Of a stretch of DNA of 64,000 nt, positions 12,437 through 24,545 are shown piece after piece (the stretch's first letter is position 1; each line of letters starts with the position of its first letter). Location: positions 78,044,921 to 78,108,920 of the forward strand of contig NC_068991.1 of the NCBI RefSeq assembly GCF_001194135.2, in the 5' to 3' direction. The stretch is from Octopus bimaculoides. Its lineage: Eukaryota. The notes under the pieces were generated by a model that ran no database searches, was not told the DNA's origin, and saw only the letters and a list, made by a program, of their open reading frames with translations. The position numbers and the translations under genes are program-made.

Positions 12437-12770
12437 TCTGCTCTTTTACTTGTTTCAGTCATTTGACTGCGGCCATGCTGGAACACCGCCTTAAAGAGTT
12501 TTAGTCGAAGAAATTGACTCTAGGACTTATTCTTTGTAAGCCTGGTGATTATTCTATCAGTTTCTTTGCCGAACTGCTAAGTTCCACACAAGCACACCCG
12601 TATTCACACGACGGTGTTCTCTCAGCTCTTTTGTCTACCAAATCCACTCACCAGGCTTTGGTCGGCCTGGGGCTATAGTAGAAGACACATGCCCAAGGAA
12701 CCACGCAATAGAACTGAATCCGACAATGTGGTTGGGAAGCAAGCTTCTTACCACACAGCCACGTCTGCGC
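12437..12770 (-). mobile_element. SINE family B, near full length
   Basis: Reverse complement runs from head GGCGCAGACGTGGCTGTGTGGTAAGAAGCTTGCTTCCCAACCAC to tail CAGTCAAATGACTGAAACAAGTAAAAGAG. Confidence 0.9.
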
Positions 12771-13165
12771 CAGTTTAATCTTTTTCCAACAAACAACTTT
12801 TGAATCTGTTGCTTCTAATTTTGTCACATTCCATTTCAATACTACAAAAGCAATATTGTATAGTTGGAAGAGTAAATGTGTTAATGGCAATTAGAATGGA
12901 TTTTATTTTTAATATTCAAATAAATCTTGAAAAACAAAACAAAAAAAAGGAGGATGTTTGAAATATTTCAAAGAAAGTCTGTTCTGTTATTACCAGCACC
13001 GCCGTTGTTATTTAACCCCGGTCCAGATCAGACAGATTTTACGATCAAAGATTTTTCCATGCACACATACCTTGTATGTGTGCATGGATGGAAGTATACA
13101 TGCATGGATGGATGTTCTATTGTATGTAGGGATGGATGAACGTATGTATGAGTGTGAGCGCGCGC

Positions 13166-13199
<34 letters not shown>

Positions 13200-13248
13200 A
13201 TATGTTTGTGTACATATGTATGTGTATGAACGTGTGTGCATATGTATG

Positions 13249-13385
13249 AAGGCTCATGGTTTAGAAGTTAGAGTGTTGAGCTTACGACCATAATGCATGC
13301 GTTCAATTCCTGAACTCGACAGTACATTGTTCCTTGAGCAAGGCATTTCACTTCATGTTGCTCCAATCTCCTCAGCTGAAAATGT
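13249..13385 (+). mobile_element. SINE family C variant, head and central domain only
   Basis: tRNA-like head with GTTCAATTCC, then CCTTGAGCAAGGCATTTCACTTCATGTTGCTCCAATCTCCTCAGCTG, matching the 52843 copy. Confidence 0.7.
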
Positions 13386-14429
13386 CTCCCTGAAGCTATT
13401 ACATTCTAGACGCATCAAGGTGGGAAGAACCGAGAGGGTGTTTACGTCTGTTTCTGATTACATATGGGTTGTATTTCTACAAGCAACTGTTTGATCCACC
13501 ACTAAAACGGGCTTCCAAATCTTTAACAGAAACTTGCCGAAGTGGCGACACCTAATGAAAACTCTGATGCCGATTTAAATATTTTGGTGAACCTTTAATG
13601 TTGTTATGCATAAATGAAATCATTGTGTTCCACTTTTGTATGGCATGGTCAGCCCTAACATTTTCCATTTTATTTTACGATAAGTATTGTTTTAATTTAC
13701 CCGTCATAATTAGACGAGGATTTAAGATTTTCTTTTTTTACCCGAAAGAAACATCGTGGTTGGCATTTTGCAACTTGAACTTGTCATATTCCATTCCTAT
13801 GGAATATCAACTGATCCGTACTGCTTGGTAACTTCAGTTACATACACAAGTACATCGCCACTGCGAGCCTGATGGAACGAGCAGTCTTCAGTATCTTGGT
13901 ATACGCATCTTGTTTTCTGTTGATCCTGACGCTTTGCATGTTATAATGTTCTTCATTTTGGGAGTACAACAATAACTTACTATTAAACAGTTTCTATTGA
14001 AAATTTTTCCATAATAGTGATGAGTAGAGAAAGAAATTGTCTGCTACTGCCAAGAAACTTTTAGATATAATAGTCTTTACATGTGATGAGTAAGAGGATG
14101 TGAACCAGATAATACAGTGATGCCTGTCCTTTGTTCAGGGAGTCAGGTATTAACTTAATTTTGACTTTGAAGCCACTATATTCTAACGCAGTTTCAAAGT
14201 GGAACCACTCCTTCTATTTGTTAGAAGGTATGTATTATCGATGAATAGAAATCGATAATGCCAAATTCTAGAGTCCTGTTTAAATTGTTAAACAGGCTAA
14301 TTACTATTGCTATTGTTTCTAAATACATTATAAATTCTCGAAGGTTACATATCTATTCACTGATTCACTGACATATGCACACGCACACACACATCACACA
14401 CACACGCACGCACGCACACACACACACAC

Positions 14430-15582
14430 ACCTCATTTTCCACATAGTCTCCTTACTTTTCTTTCCGCTTCTTCCAACGGTCCACAAATTTGCTTATTCC
14501 ACCAGAGAAGATTTACGGTTGGTTGCGCAATCCTTTATGCACTGATCACTGCGCTTTTTCGTCCGTAGTAAATCAATGATCTAGTAAAGGATGTTTGAGC
14601 AGTCCAAAGAGATGATAGTTTGAAGGAGAGGTCTGGACTCTATGCAGAGTCTTCCAGAAACTCGGAACCCAATTTTTCAATGATTTCAATGGCGTGGCCG
14701 GCTGTATGTGGGCTTGCATTGTCATGCAACAATAACACTCGGCTTTGGGGTGAATTGCTAGTTTCAGTTGTAGGTCAGCACTTCACTGTAACCTACCCTG
14801 GTGACTGTAGACCCCTTTTCCAAGTAAGTTTCCAGTACAGGCCGTTTTCCATTCCCCCAAAAACGGTTAGCATCACTTTTTCTGCAGCAGGTTAATCTTG
14901 AATATCTTTTTCGCTGACAATTCCGGGTGTTTCCATTCCATACTTTACCTTTTGGATTCTGGCTCAGTGATGGACCCATGTCTCATCTCTTGTTACTATC
15001 CTCTCCAAAGATACTTCGCCTTCATTGTTGCAACAGTCGAGTAATCACCGACAAATCTCCACATGATTGCGACTATGCGCTTCGATAAGCTCTCTTGGCA
15101 TCCATTTCACTCAGACTAATCTACAGAGAACATGCCACTTCGAGAGTCACCCGTCGGTTCACCAGAATCATCCCTCGAGCTTATTGAATCTTCATATCAG
15201 TAGTAGAGGTTGATGGGCGTCTGGCTCCTTCTTTGTGCTTCACACTTGTCAGCCATTTTAAAACTTCTCGATCCACTCATACACACTTCTACGCGTTAGA
15301 GAGCTGTCCCCGGTATTGTACTGAAATCCTGCGATGAATTTCAGCCTTGACTCGTCTTCAGACCAGAAAAATCGGTTCGCTGATTTCTGATCTTCCTTGG
15401 TACACATAGCCTACGGAGCGACTATGTTTATTCTTTAACAAAAGACAGCAAATTGGAGCGATCAAGGTCGAACCTTGATTCCGTAACCACAAGACTGTCA
15501 CTTTTAGCTCGCGAGTACTGAAGGCAGTATGTTTAACCTAAAGTGTTGGCAAAAGTGCCTATCATCTTTGACTTCCTCTTGT
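14430..15582 (-). mobile_element. Decayed mariner (Tc1/mariner) transposon
   Basis: Minus-strand frames give FKNG, RPSTSTT, WMPREL, IVTRDETWVHH, VLLLHDNASPHTA, SPDL and terminal GDYVEN; many stops and frameshifts; putative TIR at about 15551-15582, other TIR absent. Confidence 0.85.
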
Positions 15583-15596
15583 GTGTTGTATATATT

Positions 15597-15662
<66 letters not shown>

Positions 15663-15694
15663 NNNNNNNNNNNNNNNNNNNNNNNNNNNNNNNN

Positions 15695-15736
<42 letters not shown>

Positions 15737-15956
15737 GCACGCACACACACACACATATTCTCACATGCACATACAGTTTTGGAAATATGTATACATATAC
15801 TTACTTCCTGGATATGGTTTTTCACATCGACATAGTTATACTCTTTCAGACATTTACCATTCAATAACAGAATTTCGTCAGTTATGGCATTTTCTTCGTC
15901 CTCCATAACAAAGCCTGAAAATATAATTAAAAACGCAATTTAAAAATTTTCCATAT

Positions 15957-16045
15957 AGGCGCAGCCATGGCGGTGTGTTTAAGAAGTTTACTTAACAACT
16001 ACGTGGTTTCAGGCTCAATCCTTGTGTGCAGCACCTTGGGTAAAA
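15957..16045 (+). mobile_element. SINE family B head fragment
   Basis: ATAGGCGCAGCCATGGCGGTGTGTTTAAGAAG...CAGCACCTTGGGTAA aligns to the family B 5' end. Confidence 0.65.
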
Positions 16046-16228
16046 GATATGGCGGCATGACATCCAATAACTTTAAAGGCAGATACACACAACACATGCA
16101 CTCTTTCAGATGTAGAAAGATAGAAAACTTCACTCCCCTCTCTCGGTTTATCCGGAGATTCCAGGACTACTGAAACGACTTCCCCAACTCTACATGAGGC
16201 ACCCTTAACAAGACCTCTTTCTACTCAC

Positions 16229-16319
16229 CTGGAGTTCGTAAACATCAATTCAACTTCCATGACAAACTGCACATATTCCACCTGCCCATAGCATCTATCA
16301 ATACGAAAAAGTGTACACC
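16229..16319 (-). CDS. Candidate internal coding exon (91 nt) of an unidentified gene
   Basis: TTCATTAACAG| ... CAG|GTGAGT; a single open frame CTLFRIDRCYGQVEYVQFVMEVELMFTNS closed by stops on both intron sides. Confidence 0.4.
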
Positions 16320-17050
16320 CTGTTAATGAACTTCAAATCTTTGGTCACTGATATCGTTGCTGTATATATATATATATACCACTTTAGGCCTAGCTTGACC
16401 ACGCACAATGACAGAGAATACAATTCCTGTCCGCAGAGACTACAGCCTATTCATGTTTGTCACGGGAACTCATTTATAATCTGTTGCCATCGAATCGGTT
16501 ACGCTCAAGTGATAACTATCGTCGTTAAAGTACCTAACCATACAGAATGATCACAGACTAATTGGCACCAACTTCTTTTCTATCCTACAACGTGCAGTTT
16601 CTCATGAAAAGAACTGGTGTCGTTTTGAAGAATGCCCACAACGTACTCCAACATCTCGTCTGCACTACATCGTCCTAACAATAAAATAACCGATATCGCT
16701 ATGACCGCAGATACAACTACGTATCCTGAACGGACAAATGGAAGCCTAAATATGTGGTGGCCATTTTTAATTTGTCTTAAATTCTCTCGCTTCACTCTCC
16801 GAACATTCGATGGCGTGGACGTGTCCTACGCATACAAAACTATAAGCAATGTGGAATTGAATCAAACTGTTACTAAATATATGTAACTCTAACCAAACGA
16901 ACGTGTTCATTGTTACTTTCTTTTATTCATTGATTTGTGTGTATACACACACACACAAACACATACAGACACACACTATATGCATACTTTTTAATGTATG
17001 TATATATGTATCTATCTATATATATATGTATCTATCTATATATATATGCA

Positions 17051-17104
<54 letters not shown>

Positions 17105-17842
17105 CACACATTTGTATATATGTATATATATGTATGCGTTTGTATGAACCTGAGCGTGTGTGTGGTCGTCTGTATGGCATGTGTGCGAGTGAGTGATGTA
17201 GCGTGTCATATCTCTTCTTCCCATACATTCACTAAACAGTACAATGCAAGAAGTGGGGGCTGAGAGATTATTCTATTGTTACAGAGACATCAATAAATGC
17301 TAAACTTTTACACAAGTTTTACTTATAATCATCACTGCTGATAATAAATTCCATTCCGTCTTTCCGAACACGAAATCCTCAGCGGTGCTGCTGTATAAAA
17401 ATTTAATTGCGTAACCAAATGCATTAATGATTCCATGTAATCGGAGCTGAGAGTCGCAAGGATACAAATTCAGTTTCTGCATTAACTCTGCAGAGCCATT
17501 CTCCATTTCACAGATTTTGGTATCGTGACATTTGTACCAATGGAATTGGGAATTCGAAGTGCTGTACATACATTGTTGTTGACCCTGTTCTGTCAGAACT
17601 TAATAGAAATTTTCTACATATGTATACATATATACATACGCGCATATATACAGACATGCATGCATACATACATGTATGGATACATAGACACATGCATACA
17701 TACATATATGCATACGTACATATATGCATACATAAATACATACATACATAAATACATACACACATGTATCNNNNNNNNNNATACGAGAAGAGAAGGTGGT
17801 TGAGACGAAATGCATTCTTTCTCAGCTCATAGTGCGCGTTGA

Positions 17843-17843
<1 letters not shown>

Positions 17844-17903
<60 letters not shown>

Positions 17904-17919
17904 GCTATTATTATTATTA
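17844..17919. repeat. (ATT/AAT)n microsatellite at the 3' end of the R4/Dong element
   Basis: Directly visible, about 25 units. Confidence 0.95.
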
Positions 17920-20556
17920 CTATATGTTTGACTTTTGCTTTGTATTTGTACAAGTTGATTCCAAGTCTCACCCAGTCACCCAGAGACCTCAAGAGACGAC
18001 AAGTTAGAAGTTCAAGTTGGTGTTATGCCTAGGGTGTCATATATTTGGTTTTGTACATAGTATAGTTCTAGAGAATGTTTAAGAAAACGTAAGAAAATTC
18101 TAAGTTTGTTTTAAAATTTGAAATTACATAGAAAGTATTTTACGTAGGATATGGGCAGTTCCCATGAGTACTATCTTTTGAATTTCTGCCATTTGGGGTT
18201 TTACTGGTATCTGAGCTAGATAGGAATCAGCCCCTTTTGCTATCATTCTTAGGGCACCTATGACAACAGGTATTGTTTTAGTCTTGAGGTTCCACATTTT
18301 GCCAATTTCTATTTCAAGATCTTTATACTTGATCAGTTTTTGGTAGGTCTTGACAGATACATTTATGTCGGTTTGGACAGTCATATCAATGAGGAGGCAT
18401 GATTTTTGTCTGAAATCTTTCAATATAATGTCTGGCCTATTCGCATCTATCTTTCTGTCAGTTTGAATGGTGAAGTTCCAGAGGAGTGAGATGTGATCAT
18501 TTTCAAGCACTGGAGGTGATTTGTGTTCCCACCAGTTTTTTTCTTGGGTCAGGTCCAGGTATTTGCATATTACCCAGTGAATATATTGTGCAGCTCTATC
18601 ATGCCTGTTGAGATACTCTGTAGGCGCAAGAAGACTGCACATGGAGACAACATGATCAATGGTTTCATTTTGTTGTTGACATACACGATATGTTGGGAAG
18701 CTGCCGTTCTTTAATATGTTGGCCTGGTAGTTCCTTGCAGGAAGGCATTGATATTGGGCTGCTATGAAAACCCTTCTGTTTCTGATTTTAAGCCAGATGC
18801 CACTAACCATTGATGGGTAAGGGCTTTGTCAGCATCGGTATTATTAGCTCTCTTTGGATATTTGCCATTGAGAGGCTTTTCTTGCCATCTATCAGTAAGA
18901 ATATCTAAGGCAGCAGTTCTAGCACGGGTTTTCATGCACTTAGCCTTTTCTGTGCTTGTTTCTAGTACTTCTAATTCTGGAATTTGTTTTATTTGGAATT
19001 CACTTTGATATTCTTTTGCCTGTTTTGTTTACTGAGTATGATGCTTTCTTGTTTTCATGCTTTAAGACAAGTTTTAACATCCAGTCACCAGACTTTTTCA
19101 GGTAGGTGGTTAGGCCAAATGTGTCAATCTTCATTGTTAATTCCAGCTGTAAAAGTCCACGGCCACCCTCTTTTCTTGGCAGACAAAGTCGTTCTATATC
19201 TGCCTTAGGGTGGTGCATTCTAGGCATTGTCAACAATTTTTGTATTTTACCGTCAAGATTACGTATTTCAGTAATTGACCAGTTAATGATATTGAAACTG
19301 TAAGTCACGACCGGTATAGCTAAAGTAGTGATCGCTTTGGTCCTGTTTCTTACATTCAGTTCTGTCTTGCGATAACATTCTCTTCTGATCTTTTCCTTCA
19401 TCATTGAATGTTTGATTCCATCACCTTCAAATACCTAAAGGTACTTGTAGCTCTCCGCTGATTCTAACTCCTTTATGACATTCTGCTGATCAAGATTAAT
19501 GTTGGATGTTTCTGTCATTTTTCCTTTGATAAAGGTAGCTTTTGCACATTTACTGAGGTCAAATTGCATCCTGATGTCATCACTGAATTGTTTAACAATC
19601 GCTAGTAAGCCCTGTAGTTGTTGGTCATCTTTTGCAAAGAGCTTTAAATCATCCATGTAAAAGAGATGATTTATATTTTTTTTCAAACATTTTATAACCA
19701 TATTGTACATCATCGAGCGATTTCGAGAGAGGTATTAAGGCTAGACAAAAGAGGAGCAGTGATAGAGAGTCACCCTGGAAAATGCCACATGAAATTCTTA
19801 CATCTCCAGCATTGAGAGATTCATTGTCACTGTTCAAAGTCAGTATGGTTCTCCATGATCTCATACTTATAGACAAAAAGTTTCGCAGAGTAAGTGCTAT
19901 TTTATAAATTTCCAGACATTTCTTAATCCATCTATGTAACAGACTATCAAAAGCTTTTTAGTCTATCCAGGCTATTGACAAGCTTTTGTGTCGCTTGTGA
20001 CAATCTTCCAAGATCATCTTATTGATGAGTAGCTAATCTTTACAACCATAGAACCCACGTTTACATCCTTTTACTCATTAAGGAATATGCCACTTTCTAT
20101 TAAAAAACTATATTCAGTCAAGACAGATGTCAGCGTTTTATACATTGTTGTTAAGCAGGTTAGGGGTCTATAATTTTGGGGTTCATTTGTTTCTTTATTT
20201 TTTTTAAAGTAGGAATGTTATACCATTAACTAGCCAAGAAGGAATCATACTAGGTTGTTGCAAAGCATTGTTGTAAATTTTTGTTAGCAGTTCATGGCTC
20301 TCTGGGAAGGCATTCAACCAGAAGGTAGGAATTTTATCCTTTCCGGAAGACTTCCTTTTGCTCGACTTCCCAAGAGATCTTACATCCTCTACCTTGATAC
20401 CGTCCCACTTTTGCTCCTCTAAGGAGTCAGTAGATATTCTATCAATACAAGGGGCTTTTTCATTGTGTGTTTTTTCTTCTGCCCAAATTTTATTCCAAGG
20501 GGACAGACTTTACTGTAACTGGTGTTTTCCCTATCTTCCTGTAAAAATATTTTGGG

Positions 20557-20557
<1 letters not shown>
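17920..20557 (-). mobile_element. 5'-truncated R4/Dong-clade non-LTR retrotransposon (RT + CCHC + restriction-like endonuclease), frameshifted
   Basis: WIDYKKAFDS, GIFQGDSLS, HLFYMDDLKL, RKEGGRGL; degenerate knuckle YRVCQQQNETIDHVVSMC; RHD; RPDIILKD...LIDMTV...KYKDL (PD-D/ExK); stop at 18124, about 200-nt 3'UTR; (TAA)n on both flanks. Confidence 0.95.
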
Positions 20558-20601
<44 letters not shown>

Positions 20602-20602
20602 G
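20558..20602. repeat. (ATT)n microsatellite at the 5' junction of the R4/Dong element
   Basis: Directly visible; SINE A starts about 10 nt downstream. Confidence 0.95.
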
Positions 20603-20610
20603 TTATCATT

Positions 20611-20827
20611 AAGACGGTGAGCTGGTCGAGCCGTTAGCACGCCGAAAAGAATGCTTAGCGGCATTTCGTCCGTTCTGAGTTCAAATTCCGCCGAGGTAGA
20701 TTTTACCTTTCATTTTTTTAGGGTGGGATGGGGGTCGATAAAATGAGTATCAATGAAGTACTGGGATTAATGGAATTGACTTGGCCTCTCTCTCAATATT
20801 GCTGATTCTGTGCCAAAATTTGAAACC
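20611..20827 (+). mobile_element. SINE family A
   Basis: AAGACGGTGAGCTGG...GAGTTCAAATTCCGCCGAGGT...GGGGTCGATAAAATGAGTATC...TGTGCCAAAATTTGAAACC then (ATT)n. Confidence 0.85.
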
Positions 20828-21860
20828 ATTATTATTATTAACAACAACAACGACAATAATATAACATTATCGTCTCATAATAGCCAAATTGCGATTTGGT
20901 TTCATACTAGAAGTTGAGAATCAACTCCAGCAATCATCAGGTCGGGATTATTAACTTCCGGTATGTAATCAGTTAGTAATTTGGCGATTATGAGACTATA
21001 ATGTTGTTGTTTTTTTTAATGAATGTTAATAAAACACCTGCTCTTTTAACGAATATAGATGTGCCTGTTTTTCCTGATTCGTGAATTTCTAGACAGTTAT
21101 GTGTTTGAGAGAGTGCATAATTGCTTGAAAGAATTATCTCCCTTTATCGCTATGGAACCATTTTTCTTTGAATTTGAAGCTTGTCCGCGAATAAGAAACT
21201 GGAAACATACCAACACACGAAACGCTGTCTTTATTACGATATCTGGTTTCGTGACCGAAATCAACAGGAGACCAGACATTGTAACAACACAAACAACATT
21301 TCTAACAAATAAATATGTAATCTATATTATTGTCATCTCTTTTCCCCACTCCGCTTCTTCACAGAATGACAAAAACAGAAGAGTCACGCGCTTATCTGGA
21401 CAGACATTAATTTCACAGATTAAAACAAAACAAAAATAAATAAATAAAATAAAAAAATAAAAACGCTCTCGTGTTATTGTTTGATGAATAAATGGAAAAT
21501 GATACAGTGAAAACTGACCAAAATTATTAAATGAATAAATAAATAAATAACTGACCAATCGAATATTTGATCGTTACTAAAAGTGATGGCGACGTTTGAC
21601 GTTCTTCTTTATCGTTTTTGTTTGTTTTATTATCTTTTTGCTTTCTTATGTTTTTGTTATTGTTTGTTCGTTCATCTTTTATTTTATTTTTTGTGTGAAT
21701 GTTTGTGTTAGTGTTGGATGTTTTGACAGCATTTATCATAGAACTGAATAAATCTGCTATTTTTAGAATCCGACTTTTATGTAAATAACAAGTTCTCTTT
21801 TTTCTTCCTTTACAAAATTGCTATAGAAGTGTCTGTATATAAACCATATCATTAAACTTA

Positions 21861-21891
<31 letters not shown>

Positions 21892-22799
21892 TTGTATACA
21901 ACTACACCACATTGACATATACAGACATACATCAAGACATGTTACACATACATTAACACACGATCGCAAATAAGAAAATGTCAAATGTTGCTGACGGCAT
22001 ATGCGATAAAGCAATTTGAAAGAAATATTTTGAAAGCATAGAACAGCTATAACAATATTCTTGCGAACGTTTAGAAGTTTGGGGTGGAGAGGCAGACAGG
22101 AGTCACCACCACATCTACCCTCCATAATAATGCAAATAACGCAGGGATCCGTCTATCTATTTATCCTTCCTTCCATCCATCCATCCATCTATCCATCCAT
22201 CCAGCCAGCCATCCATCCATCCATCCAGCCAGCCAGCCAGCCAGCCAGCCTGCCAGCCAGCCAGCCTGCCAGCCATCTGCTGTAAATCACTGATTCAATT
22301 CGAACCCCCTCGTTTGGATTTCCAGCTATGAACCACAGCCTATACATACGGTCATAAAGGCATGCCCAGCCCCTTGAGGGAACAGTACACTCACATAAAT
22401 GTCTTCCGGTCAATCAGCATTGGCTGGTGTTCATCGGAAATGGAGGGTTGTAAAAAGTTTTGTTCAGACTTATAAAACTAGCGATTTGAACCCCACAACA
22501 GAGCCAACTCGATTCTAGACGAACCCTTTTCTTCTTATTACGTGAAATGTACTCTCACCTCCTTTTATTTGTCCTTATATAAGATACACTGAAAATATAT
22601 ATTCGACAAAGGTAAATTATTCTCGTACTTAAATGGCGACATGCGCCCATCCATCCTGATATCTAATTATCTGTTTATTTTTTTACTTATTTCTATAATG
22701 GTAATGGACACATACAACATAACAGATGTAACTAGAACATTCTCTATATCTTCCATTCTACTTTATAACTCGGATTCAAATGGTAAGATAATCATCCGT

Positions 22800-23030
22800 C
22801 GTTTTGTATATGGATGACCCCACGTTGTATACTTTAAATGATAAACAGCTAGAAACACCACTGCAGATAGTATATGACTTTAGTAGAGAAACAGATAAGC
22901 GATTCGAATTAGAAAAATGTGCTACGAGAATATTGAGGACAGGAAAATTAAAACATTGATGTCTTACAAGATATAGAATCTGAGTTAAAAGAATTAGTTC
23001 AAACGGATAAAATTGTGAATCAATGAACAA
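22800..23030 (+). mobile_element. R4-like RT fragment
   Basis: LYMDDPTLYTLNDKQLETPLQIVYDFSRETDKRFELEKCATRILRTGKL parallels FYMDDLKLFAKDDQQL...FDLSKCAK of the element at 19.5 kb. Confidence 0.8.
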
Positions 23031-23129
23031 TAAGTTAACAACATACACCAATGTCAGGGAATATTAGAAATCAATGAATATTATAGACACATTATGTTAA
23101 TGCTTAAAACAGCTTAATGCAATAGTAAG

Positions 23130-23275
23130 AAGAAATAATAAAACAATTAACCACATTGTCTCTGGGCTCCCAGTCTTGTCTACGAAAGAATATAGCCACA
23201 GCCATGACAGTGTTGGGACACGAGTACACTGGCAGTTATATCAGCGTTATGAAATACAAAAAGAGAAGAGGTAAC
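23130..23275 (+). mobile_element. R4-like zinc-knuckle/RHD fragment
   Basis: KTINHIVSGLPVLSTKEYSHSHDSVGTRVHWQL parallels ETIDHVVSMCSLLAPTEYLNRHDRAAQYIHW. Confidence 0.75.
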
Positions 23276-23309
23276 ATAAGTACAGCCAAGAAAAATACTC
23301 AGAGAATGA

Positions 23310-23815
23310 CTAAGCGACCATTTTCTAGAGGAAGTACTTCTGGAATAATTTACATATTTTCACTATTTTTAATGGCGTGTAGCTGTAATTTCCTAATTAT
23401 CTGTGTCCTTTCTGGTTTTCTGATGCTCGGCGTCTCAAGATTGATGCGGAAGCAGTTATATATTCAAGTATCCTAATAATTGTTGGAATAATTCTAAAGC
23501 TATTGTCCAGTAGAATTCCTGCATTAGTTTGGGATAAGTCTTTACCTTTTCCCTCTAATCTTTAACCCTTTGTTAACATCAACACAGCAACTGATTTCTT
23601 CTCTTGCGCTTCCGGTTTCTTCTTTCCTCGCTTCCGTGTCATTATAAACTGTCTGTTGTACTTGCATTTTACTGAGTCTTGACAGGATTATTTCACCAGT
23701 GTCCTTTCATATCAAGAGTGATTATGCTTTCCATATTACTGTAACTTCTTACCTCCAGATATCCTCTCTACGGATTACTTTGTAAAATGCTTTTGCTACG
23801 ACATCATACCTCAAA
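23310..23815 (-). mobile_element. Older RLE-LINE C-terminal fragment
   Basis: RYDVVAKAFYKVIR...EEISCCVDVN...FRIIPTII...VKICKLFQK; same family as the adjacent plus-strand copy. Confidence 0.7.
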
Positions 23816-24379
23816 GGTAGATGATGAGAAGAGAACTGTGCATAGTTGTGGAAATTAGCTGCCCAGAGGATGTTAACATAAAGCTGAAGATCAGCGAGAA
23901 AGAGAACACCCATGCTGAACTATTGAGAAATCTACAGTTACTTTATCCAGATTACAAGTTCAGGTTTACACCTGTAATTATTGGGGCCCTGAGATATGTA
24001 ATACACTGCCTAAATACCAATCCTGAGAAATTAGGCTTCTCAAAACCAGAAAGGAGGAAGCTAATTCGAAGACTACAGATCCAATCCATCACCGGAACTG
24101 TAAAAATCTGTAAAACTGTCCAAAAGTTTATCATTTAAATATATATGAGCATGTCTAGATATGCAACAATATGCATGAGAATATATACATAAAACATACA
24201 AATCTGCACATACACACATACATACATACATACATACATACATACATACATACATACATACATACATACATACATGCGTACATACATACATACATGCGTA
24301 CACACATACATTCATACATGCATACATAATACAAACACACATGCATGCATGCGCACATACATACATACACACATGCATG

Positions 24380-24411
<32 letters not shown>

Positions 24412-24545
24412 CATACATACATACAAACAGAAATATCTTGTTGCTGATGTTGAAATTGCAATGAAGGAAACTTGGATCTAGGTTAGAAACCGGTTCTTTC
24501 TCTATTGACAAGAAATCTTGAAATAAAACTGAAGAATGACATACA
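23815..24545 (+). mobile_element. Younger RLE-LINE 3' end with 3'UTR (internal (ACAT)n and unique tail)
   Basis: ORF 23821-24138 LCIVVEISCPEDVNIKLKISEKE...FTPVIIGAL...GTVKICKT (RLE catalytic region), then microsatellite and tail ...GAAATAAAACTGAAGAATGACATACATA. Confidence 0.85.

Noticed and set aside
21059-21439. 126-aa plus-strand ORF; similar unique-sequence ORFs at 27455-27818, 33909-34112 and 54976-55259
   Set aside because: No recognisable motif and no consistent acceptor-donor pair; compatible with chance.
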